A stretch of 63,967 bases of DNA, the filler included. It is 13 parts of 13 records of this genome, joined end to end, with 100 filler letters (N's around TTAATTAATTAA, not from the genome) between each part and the next. Parts side by side here need not be neighbours in the genome. Positions count along the whole stretch, not along the records: positions 32,145 to 35,865 come from SRR15195285_7453; positions 35,966 to 39,511 come from SRR15195285_7457; positions 39,612 to 44,974 come from SRR15195285_7462; positions 45,075 to 51,132 come from SRR15195285_7478; 9 more parts are not named here. One strand, written 5' to 3'. The notes under the pieces are model-generated. The model had not been told where the DNA came from. It ran no database searches and saw nothing but the letters and a program-made list of their open reading frames with translations. Positions 34,450 through 46,380 of this stretch are shown piece by piece; positions within the stretch are counted from its first letter, which is position 1; the number at the start of each line of letters is the position of its first letter. Made by a program: the position numbers and the translations under genes.

Positions 34450-35865
34450 ATGGAAGTGAGCATGTCGGACGCACGGGCGAATCCACTGCTCGACAGCTCC
34501 GTCCAACTGTCAGTCCCGGGCCCGCTCTGCGATGAGGCGAAGCTACCAGTACCGTCGCTGGCGCCCACCACGATGTCGACGGAGGCGCCCACGCCAAGCG
34601 TAGACCCGACGCCAGGCGAGCGGGTGGACGCGATCTCCTGCCCAGGGTATCTCTTCTGGCTTCTGCTCCTGCTTCTGCTCTATAAAACCTTTGACTACGG
34701 GCTGGCTGAAGGCTGGTGGCTGGTGGCGTGGGGACTTTTGATAGTTTGGAAGCTCCTGCGGCCTACGAAGACGCTTGTGCGCATGTGCATGGCCAAGGAC
34801 TGCAATTTCTCACGGCCACCATCGACAGCGGACGACGCGATCGATCCGGAGGCGGCCTTCCCTACAGCCCAGCTCGTCGCGGCGATGAGGGCAAACGACG
34901 CGGAGTGGCGCTTTCCGAAGATCGGCTCGAACGTGGGCGCAGGCCCGGATATATACGCGCGAGCACTCGCCGGGGAGAAGGGCAAAGACTACCTCGCTGA
35001 TATCCTCATGGCCTTCGGCAGCTATTCGGAATCCAAACACGAAAGCCACACGGGTTCCATGGTTGCGCGAACCCAGTTCATCGATGAGCACCTCATGGAA
35101 GCGGTCCACACGAGGGACGTCCGACAGATCGTGATTCTCGCCGCCGGGCTCGACGCACGTGCCTTTCGGCTTTCCCTACCGGCGGACGCCACCGTCTACG
35201 AGGTCGACGTGCCACGCGCACACGCCTACAAGACTCGGATCGTGCAAGCGCAAGGGTGGCGCTCCCCGTGCCTACGCCGAGTCGTCGAGGCTGACCTCGC
35301 TGATCCGTCATGGTCGGACGAGTTGAAGGCGGCAGGTTTTGACCCGTCATGTCCGTCTTTCATCATCATCGAGGGGCTCCTGATGTATTTGCCGCCAAGA
35401 GCTCCACAAGCGTTGCTAAGCAGCATCTCTTCGCTCATGGCTCCTGGCAGCCAGATCTGTGGCGACTGCATGGTCAACTATTTATCTAGTTGTACATCAA
35501 TGGTCATGCAACAGGTGCTAGGCTTTTGGGGCACATCTTGGACCTATGAGGTGTCGACATTTTCTGAACTAAGAGAGTTGTTAGGCGGCGCGCCTGGCTT
35601 GGCTGCCGACACGGCCACTATCGTCGTTCTTCCAATCATTGAGGGAGGCCCTCCCACACCAGCACCGGAGGCGTGGGCAGCGAGCATTTACGCTCGTCTG
35701 GTAACTAGCCTTTGCTGTGGCGTTGCCATCATAGTTTCATTTCCAACCCATGGCTGGCGAGCATGTTGCTCGCCCGTCGCAACGTGCAAAACGCTTCTAT
35801 GTTGTCACGATTCTGGCTACTCAATGTACCTTGTGGAGAAGACTGGCGATGCAGATATCAGTCGC
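34450..35865 (+). CDS. SAM-dependent methyltransferase, LCM/TIGR00027-like, with N-terminal TM helices; 3' end truncated by the spacer
   Basis: ARTQFIDE, QIVILAAGLDARAFRL, VYEVD, VEADL, GFDPSCPSFIIIEGLLMYL. Confidence 0.88.
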
Positions 35866-36538
35866 NNNNNNNNNNNNNNNNNNNNNNNNNNNNNNNNNNN
35901 NNNNNNNNNTTAATTAATTAANNNNNNNNNNNNNNNNNNNNNNNNNNNNNNNNNNNNNNNNNNNNGTATGTGAAGTTAGCTCGTAAATGACGGTAGTGCT
36001 ACAGTTCGAGTGTAAGTGCCCAGGTTTGAGGTTGAAAAGCGCTCAACGGCGGCACTAAGCTATATACCTCTCCATTTCATATGTCTGGGCCCTGTACTAG
36101 TACGTTCTCAGTCATAACTCAGCAGTCAGGGCGACTCAGAAGCTGTACCGTACCTCGTTGGGTTCCCGGGAGTCTCGGGAACCCCGCACCGTGGATTTCG
36201 CGGATCGAGTCAGTCATCCAGTCGATCCGCCGCGGCGATTTCTGCATGTTCTGCGCGCCGGCGGCAGTGCCCGGAATGGCCAGTCACCGGAGCAGTCAGA
36301 ATCGGCCGCGCATGCAGTGAATCAGAATTGACTCGAGTCAATTCTGAATCGACAAAATAGATCTATCTCAGAATCAGTGAGAATCCCGGTGATTGAGAAT
36401 CGGGCCCAGACATATGAAATGGAGCGGTAGCTGTTTTTTTTTGCCGCAGAAAGTGCTGGCGATGGCGCTATTAACCGCGGCCAGAGAGTAGTGAACACGC
36501 TAACGGCGCGCGGGAGGCAGGGCAGTGCTGTGCAAGGG

Positions 36539-38128
36539 ATGCTGCATTCGCTGTTCTGGGCTGCTGTTGCATTGTCGAGCGCTCATGTAGCAGCCCGAGC
36601 AGGCTACGTGCACCACCGTGGGTTCATCCCGCTCGGCGATGACTGCTTCAACGCGTCAGCCGCCACCACCACGCTGGCAGCAGCGCTGCAGCGGTGCAGC
36701 GACTCGGCGTGCTGCGCTGCGTTCACATACAGGGGCAATGCGAGCGGGCCAGCGGATGGGACAGTGACCGTCTACTTCAAGAATGCGACGGGTGCGCGGA
36801 GTTTCATGGGGAATCTGACGTCAGACTGGATCACGTTCCTACAGGCTGGCGGACCGTGCGACATTCTGAATGATGCCGTCCCACCCACGCCTTGTGTGGC
36901 AGCGCACAGCCTTACCCGCCCATTGTACGGCAACTACACGGGTCCTCTGTACGCAGTCAAGCGTGCTAGCGATGATCGTGAACGAAATATCAGTGTGTTG
37001 CCTGGGAACGTGGCAGATGCACCGGGCCAGGACGAGTTCTGCGCCACGACGAGCTGCACGGTGACGCGAATTTTCGATCAAAGCCCACAGGGCAACCACC
37101 TAGACATTGCGCCGGCGGGAGGACACGTACCACGCGCTGACCGCGGCGTCAACGCTTCCCGCGCTGCTGTCAGCATAGGTGGATCGCCGGTCTTTGCGGC
37201 GTACTTCGAAGGGGGGCAAGGCTACCGAATAGACAACACATCCGGCGTGGCGACCGGGAACGAGGAGGAAACGATTTACATGGTTACGAGTGGCCAACAT
37301 TTCAATGCCGGCTGCTGTTTCGTGCGACATTCTGCGCGTGTAGCTCTACGCCTCTGTGTGCTGCGCTCTTCTCCCCTACCTAATCCAAGGCGCTGTGCTG
37401 TAGGACTATGGCAATGCAGAAACCAACAATCACGACGATGGCACTGGTACAATGGAAGCAGTGTATTGGGGCAACAATAAGATATGGGGCAGGGGAAGTG
37501 GGCCAGGCCCGTGGGTGATGGCGGTGAGATGAAAACCACTTCTTGTGCGCTGGTCAACGGCAGACTTACCTTAAAACTTGCCACCCCAGGATCTCGAGAA
37601 CGGGCTGTGGGCAGGGGAGCAACGCGTTACACCGAGCAATACCGCCCTCAACTACCCGTTTGTGACCGCGATGGTAAAGGGTGGGGCGCACGGTTTCGCG
37701 CTCAAAGCCGGAGATGCCACACAGGGGCACTTGCAGACCATGTGGAACGGACCGCGGCCTCAGGTGGGAAAGAACGGCACGGCCTACCAGCCGATGCAAA
37801 AGCAAGGGGCCATTATACTTGGCATAGGTGGTGACAACAGCGACCAAGCCATAGGGACGTTCCTTGAAGGTAGGCACTGCTCGCCGTAGTTACAGCCTTA
37901 TTAGCTCCTCAAGCCTGATTCTGGTGCTCCGCTGCCGTGTTCACCACATTTGTTCATACATTGTTTATCACGCGTGGTCATTTTGCCTTTCTGCCAGATT
38001 TAGAGATTGCTTTGATTACTGGATTGTGTCTCGTGGTAGGTGTTGTGACCAAAGGCTACACCTCCGACGCAACTGACGATGCATTGCAGGCAAATATTGT
38101 CAACGCAGGATATTCTTTCCGAACATAA
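36539..38128 (+). CDS. Alpha-L-arabinofuranosidase B (GH54) with an N-terminal Cys module; exons 36539-37321, 37404-37523, 37590-37869, 38040-38128
   Basis: GPCDI, TPCVAAHS, IFDQSPQGNHL, NAGCCFDYGNAE, GTMEAVYWG, PWVMADLENGL, MQKQGAIILGIGGDNS, GTFLEGVVTKGY. Confidence 0.93.
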
Positions 38129-38667
38129 AACCAATCTGGATCGATATTGCTCTCTTCTTCGGTTCTCCAAGGAGGAAGCCAACAAATTTTCTTCCTAGCT
38201 AGTAAGCCCGATCCAAACTAGTGGCTCACGTTTCCAAATTTGCGATTGCATCGTTACGATTTAACGAGCACAGTACAATGCTATCCTCGAGCAGCCTGAG
38301 CGTTATTAGTTCCAAGCGATGGTAGCGGCCTGGCTGCGTCTGTTCTGCCCCCGGCGGGCGAAAGACCTTTTGCCCAGGGGCAGGGGTGACACTGGGCAGA
38401 AGGGGGCCCTTATGCCCAGTGTCACGCACGTCTGACCGGGCATAAAGAGCCCCTGAAACCGCGCGTCGGCTGCATGCCAGATCGTGAAACTTTTTTCCGG
38501 CACGCGCGCGTTGCATGTACCAGTGTACACAGAGTGAGAGTGACGACTTTGACCGCAATTCAGCACAGGTGGTGGATGGATCGCTTGAGAAACTGGACGA
38601 GGAACTGCACGCATGAGAAGAACAATAGAAGGACCTTTGGGGGGGAACGTTGGTTGCATTTCCTTGC

Positions 38668-39511
38668 TCACAGGCAGCAATACACCATAGAATTCCCGCA
38701 ACTAGCACTTCCCCAACCCGGATTGTTCGGTTGGTGATTGTAAGGGCTGCAGATGGGGGTTCCCGTGTCTGACACAACTAAATTGCTCGCACACCAAGGG
38801 CAATAAGATCGGGCAGAGCCGGTCCAACTGCATATATCATATGTCGAAATCCCGTCCGCAAGCCATGCAGAGCAGCGCGATGCTTGGGCTACCCCCCAGC
38901 TCGTCACGGTTCCTGCTGGTGGCTCGCTGCCATACCGTGGTGGCTCACTTACCGCGCTGCCATACCGTTCGGTCCATTCGGATTGCGTGCACACATGCCA
39001 GCCGGTAGCGCACGCCTCGTTGTAATTGCTGGCGGAGAATTGACCACCACATTGCACAGCATTCCGTTGCGCAGTAGTCCAAAAAGGGTGCTCGGCCTCT
39101 TGCACGGCGCAGCCTGCCGAGTTGACTGCCGAGCATTGCGTTGGAGCAACCCCACTCCAGGTGTGATCAGCCTGGCACGTTCGAGTCGCGTCGCCGCCGG
39201 TCGGCGAGCTGCCACTTGGCGTGCAAGTGTAGACCGCCGTCTCGCCTCGTTCCAGCCCGCCGTTCAGTGTGATCATCATGCCAGCTACCACTGGCAGCAA
39301 CGGGCACTGCGTGCGACTTTGCGTGTAAGTGGGCCGCGGCATCTCGATGCCTGCGCAGGAGGCATAGCACCCATACTCGCTGCGGCAACTTGCCGGCATG
39401 TTGGTCGTGACGATGGTCTCCGTCGTGATGACAATCGAGGCGACTTTCACGCCGGAAAAGCAGAGGGTGCGGATGCATCCTGCCGCGTTGTTGGCCAGCG
39501 TGTCCGACACG
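38668..39511 (-). CDS. 5'-partial secreted Cys-rich protein with a Sushi/CCP domain
   Basis: TAVYTC...GDATRTCQADHTWSGVAPTQC; Cys-rich C-terminus ending VYCCL. Confidence 0.75.
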
Positions 39512-40188
39512 NNNNNNNNNNNNNNNNNNNNNNNNNNNNNNNNNNNNNNNNNNNNTTAATTAATTAANNNNNNNNNNNNNNNNNNNNNNNNNNNNNNNNN
39601 NNNNNNNNNNNATTCCAATGAATTTCTGATTCTGATTCTGAACCGTGACTCCGCGGTTTCAAGGACTTTCTCGAGCGCAGCATTCACACTATTGAATTTC
39701 AATGGTGATTTCCAATTCTTCAGAAAAAAGTTTTCTACCGTCCTGTCGGGTCGATTCTCATGCATCCAAAATCAGGCGCCCCCACCGGTGTATTTTAAAA
39801 TGCTTTTCTTTTCAATGTTTTGCGCAGTCTGTATTGGAAAGTAGTACCATTCTGTTGTACCCAGAAATGTTTTTGAAAAGGGTACAAACTCAGGTCGTAC
39901 AAGAGTCTACATGTAGTACTGAGAATCGACCTGGCTGGGTGGCGGAAGAAAAAGAGAGCCTCCCATACAGTTGACTGGGAGGCGCTTTCTTTCTTCGTGC
40001 TCAGCCAGTCGATCTGTGAGTGGACTGTCCGGCTCTGTGTGTTTCGCATCTGATCGCTGCTTTTCATCAGCCCAATCACCGAGTCACTCCACGACGAACG
40101 GGGTTTGCGTGTGGCGATCGGTCGTACAGTACTGTCTCATACTCTGTGGTTTGACGCGGCGGCAGAGAGTACGGGATAGATCAACAGG

Positions 40189-43100
40189 ATGCCGCTGCGG
40201 CAGCGATGCGGCACGCAAGCGGTGGAAACAGTCGGGGACGATCTCGTGCTGCAGAAGGGTTTGGCAGACGAGGAGGCTTTGGCGGCGCCCACTGCGGACG
40301 GTCAGACAGGCGGAGGGCTGCTGGCATCGATGCTTGTGCCGGACTCAGCGCTCGTGCCGGACGAGTACTGGGCGTTCCGCGGGCTCACGACGCTGCTTGG
40401 CGTGATTTCGACTGTTAAGGCGGCGCTGACTGCGCAGGCACTTATGATTGCGATCGGTGTCGGCGATGAGGACGCCACGCCGCTCAATTACCTAGTGATT
40501 GCTGAGACCAATGCCGCGATCGGTCGCTTCGTCGGGCTGGCACTGACCTCGTGGGCGTCGCCCTCCTTCTTCGCGATGCACGCCAAGCGGACGATGGTGC
40601 TCAATGCAACAGTAGGGAAGCTCGGTTCTATATTCCCCGTCTTGCTCCTGCTGTACCCGGCGCAGCTGCGGTGGATATCGCTCTCGGAGACGCTATTTAA
40701 TGTGCTGATGAGCCTCATGGTGTCTCCTGCAAACGCAGCACTGTGGGAGCACATGCAGCTGAGCCCAGATCCAGCGAAGCGCGCGATGGTCGGGCAAATT
40801 AACGGGAACCAGGATCGGTTGCGCACGTTCCTCCACATGGCCTTGCGCTACTATGCTGTCTTCATTGTCTTTGCCGAGCCGCCGGAGGATTTCACGCACG
40901 TGTGGGTCGGCGTGCTTGCCGGCAGCCTGCTCGAGGCCACAGTGGAGATCTGGCGAGTATTCATCGCGGCACCCGTAACGTTCAACCGCGCGACCTTTCG
41001 ATCCGCTTGTCGGATCTGGATGGAAGAGGGTGGAGCTGCGGCTGTAGCTGGGATAGACAATGCAGCCAACTGGAAGGCGGCCATGGAAGATTTCGAAGAA
41101 TACTTCCAACGCGGCGAGCTGTTCCCCGAGCTGCAACCGCGTAGCGTCGCGAGATTAGAGAGAATTCTACCTGCCGGCATCATGGGCAGCGAGCTGTGGG
41201 GTGATGTCCAGCTTGGCGTCTCGCTCGAGCAGCTGCTGCCGGTGCCACCCGACAGCGGAGTTCCTGCGTGGGCTGCAGCAAGCCTCGTTAACCGCCTGCT
41301 CGCGGTGCACCGCGATGAACGCTATGTTCTCGGGGCTAACGCAGACACGCGCATGCTACAAGTTGTTCTGAGGCAGGATGCAACTGCTGAGGACCAGCTT
41401 AAGGCGGGTTTTCACGCGTACATCTCAGGAAAGCGCCTGAACGCTGCCGAAACTGGATCTTCACTTGAGCTGTCTGCCGTCGTGCGCTGCATCACAGAAG
41501 CCTACCCAGAGGCTGATAAAATGTGGCCTAAATTCGTCGGTACGCGTACCATCGTCACCTAGTCTCATCCCTATCGTGCTGGATAGAATGGCTGTGCCCC
41601 CCTAAGCCTCACTCCCGCTGTGTGTCGGGGCATGTCGATTCTGTCGCTGATGTGTTTTCAACTGCGTCTGGTCTGCAATCAGCGGTGCTGGTGCGACTTG
41701 GATGGAAGACGACGGCGTGTATTATGCATACAGGCGAATGGCGACTGCAGTCAGAGCCACTTCCAGCGCACTCGAGCCTGCGCAGTGCGAAGCTGCAGCG
41801 AAAGAAAACCCCAACAACTTGGAGGGAGTGGGATGACCATGAACCACACAGGCTCACCCAGTCTAAACCAAACCCAGGTGGTGACCCGGAGACTCAGACG
41901 TTTTACCTACACAGATTGCTGCCAGCACTGCCCCCGACTTATGTTGACATGCAACGAGGCCTCAGGACCACGGAACTTTTTTCGAATAGCGCAATCGTGC
42001 TTGAGGATCCACAGCCCCAGGCTTTCGAAGCAGGCGTGGAGAGTGACGAAGATGGTCAAGGCAGTGGTGGCAGCTGGCTCTACTCTGTCCTTCTCCCGCG
42101 TGGCTTTCCGGACTCCGTCGCTCCAGAGTACATGCAGTATCAGCTCTGGGATACGCTGCAGGTGATGATGGCAGACCTCCGCAGCATTCTGATTTCAAAC
42201 GCTGGGCTGATTGGCCAGGGCGTAGGTGTGGAAGGAGCGACACCGTTGGGAACGATGTGGGTCGACTTTCAAGTGGAGTTGTTCTCCACGTGTCAAGGAT
42301 TGGCCGTCGGCGGTGAGAAAACAACGACTGGTGCACTGGCTTCTGCTCCTTGACAAAACCCCGTTTACTTGCAAGCCAGCAGCGAACTCATGTGGCGGCC
42401 TGACGGACTGGATCGTTGCATGGATGGAAATCAGGTTTTGCTGATGCCGGAGCCTCAGCTTCGTCGATGAAGCGGTGGCGAGTCTACAAGACCCTGCTCT
42501 CGTACTTTGAAACCACATGCACGTTGCTGCAGGGAATGTACCCAACCCACCGTGCGTGCATGAAGCAGAACTGCATCGAAAGTTGCGTGTGTCAGTGTAC
42601 TGACTTGGTCCAATCGCGGTGTCCAGGGATCCACGCGAGGCTCGCGCAGACTGGGGTTGCCAATCTGATCAACCCTTTTGCTGGCGGTGCTGACCAGGCG
42701 CTGTGAGACATAGTCGCTTGTCTCTGATTCCCTTGCGTTGCCGCAGCCTCTAAGCCAGCTGCAGTGGAATAATTGGTACTCTGAACAGCCCTAGCTTGCG
42801 TACTTCACACTCACTATTGCAAGAGCTCTCATGGCTGAGCTCGGGCAACCACACTGTGGACTGTGTCCGGCCGCAGGGTTCTGCACTTGTCGAACGGCTC
42901 ACAGGACCCGGCCTTTCGGGCTGACGTGGCCGCGAAAGAGAGTAACCAGGACCGTGCCCTTGGGCTGATTTTGATGGTGATCCGCTTCGGCCTACTGTTC
43001 TGGGTAGGCACGGACTGGCAGCGCGCGTGGTTGGTTGTGGCTGTACTCAGTGTTGGTCATATTTTGCTGAACTACATGGCCGCACGCATCCTTGTGCTCA

Positions 43101-43810
43101 AGACTCTCAACCATGCAAGATTTCAGCTAGCATTCGAGGGATGGTGTGAAATAAATGAAGGTGGCGACGACCGATTCGCCGACGAGCAGCTGGCTCCGAA
43201 GACAATCGCCGAGCAGGAGTCTGTGCTACCAAAGCTGTTTTCAGCTTCGTGGTCTTCGTTCGAGCTGGGAGTCTCGGCTACGAAGCTGCTGCCGGCACCG
43301 GCCGATCCACAGCTGGTGGCAGGTGCGCTCAGCCACGCATGCACCTGACAAAAGATCTAGTTCACACGCTTGACCTGTTGTCCCGTATTGTTTCGCGGTT
43401 CTCACAGTTCCACTCCGCAGTCTTTACATCTAACTTCATTCGTTTCTGGCGGATCTACAGTGCTGTTCAATGTTCACGAACAGGAGGGATACGTTCTTGG
43501 TGGCCATCCGTCTGGGGAGTGGCTCTGCGCGATCCTTAAAGACACTGTGCCAGCCGGCAGCGACTTCACCAGCGTGCAGTTTCGGGCGGCTTTGCATGCC
43601 GCGTTTGTCCGGCGTCAACTGCAGGAGCAGTCGGAGCCAGTGACCAGCCGTTGGCTCGTGGAGGTGATTGTGAGAAGTCACGCCCTGATGGATGAACAAG
43701 CAGAGGGCTTGAATGCTGCGCTGACAGCATCTGGCTGGCGCTGCGGGAGTAGTGGATGGCTACAGTTCAATCCGCAGAAGTGGCGCCTGCTCGTCGACAA
43801 GACAGACTAA
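40189..43810 (+). CDS. Tandem RUS1/DUF647-like membrane protein, multi-exon (first intron 41540-41682; later boundaries only partly resolved)
   Basis: LLPRGFPDSVAPEYMQYQLWDTLQ, ADVAAKESNQ and LKTLNHAR in the second unit; degenerate equivalents (LVPDEYWAF, VTFNRA, LGWKT..GEWR) in the first. Confidence 0.8.
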
Positions 43811-43887
43811 ATCAGCTTTAGAGTGCAATTGCTGGCTAGTCGTTGCACTTCTTCCACCAAGAAAAAACAAAACTTGCATTTTGCCCA

Positions 43888-44901
43888 CTAGCTGTTGCTG
43901 AGCGTTTGCAACACACGTTCACCAGGCCTGAACCCTATCGCTGGCAATGACTGCAATCGAACTGTGTAGCCAGGAGTGGCGATGCCAACAGCCCAGCAGT
44001 AATCGCCGTGCAGACCCGACGCAACCATCACTCCTAGCTGGACGTTGTTCTTAAAAACAGTTACGCTACCCTCGTCAAAGTCGAGCATCAAGCCAATGCA
44101 ATCGCCCTCGGCTGCACGCGCCATCCCGGGCCACTTGCGCTTTCCCTTGCGCTTCCCCAGAAAGCGCTGACCACTGCCGGTGTGGTAGAAAACGTGATGT
44201 CCCTGCTCGTGTGCGTGCAGTTCAGAGACTGCATCCCAGCTCGGGCGAACCACACCGAGCATCATGAATCCCCCTTCGACCAGACTGAATTGCCCAAAGT
44301 GCCGGCCCGACCTCATCACGGTGCTACACGCCGCAGCCTGGTCCATCCACCGGGTTGCAGTAACTAATCTTCCTTGCTCGCCCACAGCAAAGCCGTCGGG
44401 ACAGAATCTACAAAACACCGGCGGAAGTCGTAGCTGCTCTGCCTCATGCATCAGGCTGATCCACCGCTCTGTTCCGCGATGTGGCACCTGCGCACGCGCA
44501 TACGGGCTGCAGGCTGTCAACCACCGGCATGCCGCCTCCTCCACCAGCGACCGCGTCTCTGTAGTCTCCACCCCTGTCCAGGGCCGGATAGCATCGCATG
44601 GGGACGTCTGGACCGCACCACTGTTTCCCACTGCGGTCTCTCCTGCAAGCACTGCGCCGGGTATCGCGAAGCGTCGTGAAGTGCACGCCAAACACGCGAG
44701 TTCGACTGCGCCCAAATGGCCGATAATGTGCAACGCTAGGTCCTGCGGAAGAGACTCAAGCGTGACAAGCACACGCTCGGGGCGACTCGGCGTTGATTTC
44801 ACTGTCAGTGCTGCTGTCATTGGGCCCGGGTTGCTCCTCAACCTTCGGGCGCCACTGTCGTGAACTTGTAGCCACGGCAGTACGTAGCCAATCGATGTCA
44901 T
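43888..44901 (-). CDS. F-box + SPRY/B30.2-like protein
   Basis: LESLPQDLALHIIGHL..LACTSRRF; VMRSGRHFGQF, GDCIGLMLDFDEGSVTVFKNNVQLG; start may be the downstream ATG at 44820. Confidence 0.82.
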   Translation of the reverse strand: MTSIGYVLPWLQVHDSGARRLRSNPGPMTAALTVKSTPSRPERVLVTLESLPQDLALHIIGHLGAVELACLACTSRRFAIPGAVLAGETAVGNSGAVQTSPCDAIRPWTGVETTETRSLVEEAACRWLTACSPYARAQVPHRGTERWISLMHEAEQLRLPPVFCRFCPDGFAVGEQGRLVTATRWMDQAAACSTVMRSGRHFGQFSLVEGGFMMLGVVRPSWDAVSELHAHEQGHHVFYHTGSGQRFLGKRKGKRKWPGMARAAEGDCIGLMLDFDEGSVTVFKNNVQLGVMVASGLHGDYCWAVGIATPGYTVRLQSLPAIGFRPGERVLQTLSNS

Positions 44902-45491
44902 GTGGCCATGCAGCTGGCGCGCGCACTGGATGCGTGACTCACTGCAGCACGCATTCCTCAGAGCCGTGAGTTATNNNNNNNNNNNNNNNNNNNNNNNNNN
45001 NNNNNNNNNNNNNNNNNNTTAATTAATTAANNNNNNNNNNNNNNNNNNNNNNNNNNNNNNNNNNNNNNNNNNNNTAGAGTGGTTCTGGCCCCGCCTGTGG
45101 ATCGGGAAACCACCATCGCGAACCAGGAGCGCGTTTGAAGATCGTATTTCCAACCAGTGAACCAGTAGGTCAAAATCAAGCGCCGGGGTAATTTCTTTTA
45201 AATTTGCCTGCAGTCTGTACTGGAAATGAGTACCATTCTGTTCTACCCGCCCCCGGCTTCTCGGCGGGTATCAACCCAGCGCTCACAGGCTGGGTCAGGA
45301 CAATCCATGTAGGTGGGTCCAGAACCATCCTAATATCAATACGGGTATGCGAACAAATCCAGTGTTCTGGGGCGGTCCGCGGAGTTTTCTGCATTTCTCA
45401 GTGAGTTCTACTAAATGTAGTATGTACTCCAGGGAGACCCCAGCCAGCAGCCTGTGACCAGAGGCAGTGGCAGTGCCGCCTGAGCGGCGCG

Positions 45492-46363
45492 ATGCGGTGG
45501 ACGCGCAGCTTGCCGATGCGCTGGAGCCGCAGCGCGTCGTTGCGCTGGACGGCGGCAGTGGGCAAGAAGAAGAGTACGCCCATCACGGAGATGAAGGGCT
45601 TCAAGCACAGTCCGAGGAAGTTCGTCGGCTTGCTGGCTCCGTACGAGAGCGCGCTGGCGACGCGGCCAGTGCTGACGAAGTGTGTGACGGGCGGCGTGCT
45701 TGCTTTTCTAGGCGACCTGGTTGCCCAGAGAGTCAACAACGTGCAGAAGGGCAAGCTTCAGTTTGACGAGCGGCGGCTTGCCGCGTTCACGGTGTTTGGT
45801 GTGGGCTGGACCGGGTTGTTTAACCACTACTGGTTCGGGTGGCTGGCAACAGTAATTCCAGGCGCCGGCGTGACTGCTGTGGTCGGCAAGACAATTGTCC
45901 AACACGGCTTCTGCAACCCAGTGCTGTACCTTCCACTGTTTTACGTGTTCAACGGTGTGGCTACTGGGCTCAGCCAGCCCCAGATTTTGGAGAAGGCGCA
46001 AGCTGAGTACTGGCCCACACTCACCAAGCTGTGGACTATCTGGGTGCCCTCCACGGCGCTCCAGTTCTTTCTAGGTGCGCGATGATTCTATCGCTTAGAG
46101 TTGGGTATGTAGCAGTCGCCGCTCCAACTTGCAGACAGAACAGGTAACTTGGGCTCCAGCGAAACAACTCTGTGCTACGCTGACATGGGAATTGGACAAT
46201 CGTTGCTGTTGCTTTGTTCGATGGAACAGTGCCGACGCGGCTACAGGTTTTGTACGTAGCCGGCGTAAGTTTTGGATGGAACGTGCTGCTTTCAGTGAGC
46301 TACAACGCTCGTGAATTCAACGCGTCGTTTGCAACGCCGCCTGGCTCGGGAGAGAAGCGATAG
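45492..46363 (+). CDS. Mpv17/PMP22 family membrane protein; intron 46075-46229
   Basis: LATRPVLTKCVTGGVLAFLGDLVAQ, HYWFGWL, WVPSTALQFFLVP.RLQVLYV..VSFGWN. Confidence 0.9.
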
Positions 46364-46380
46364 GAGCGCGAATGATTTAT

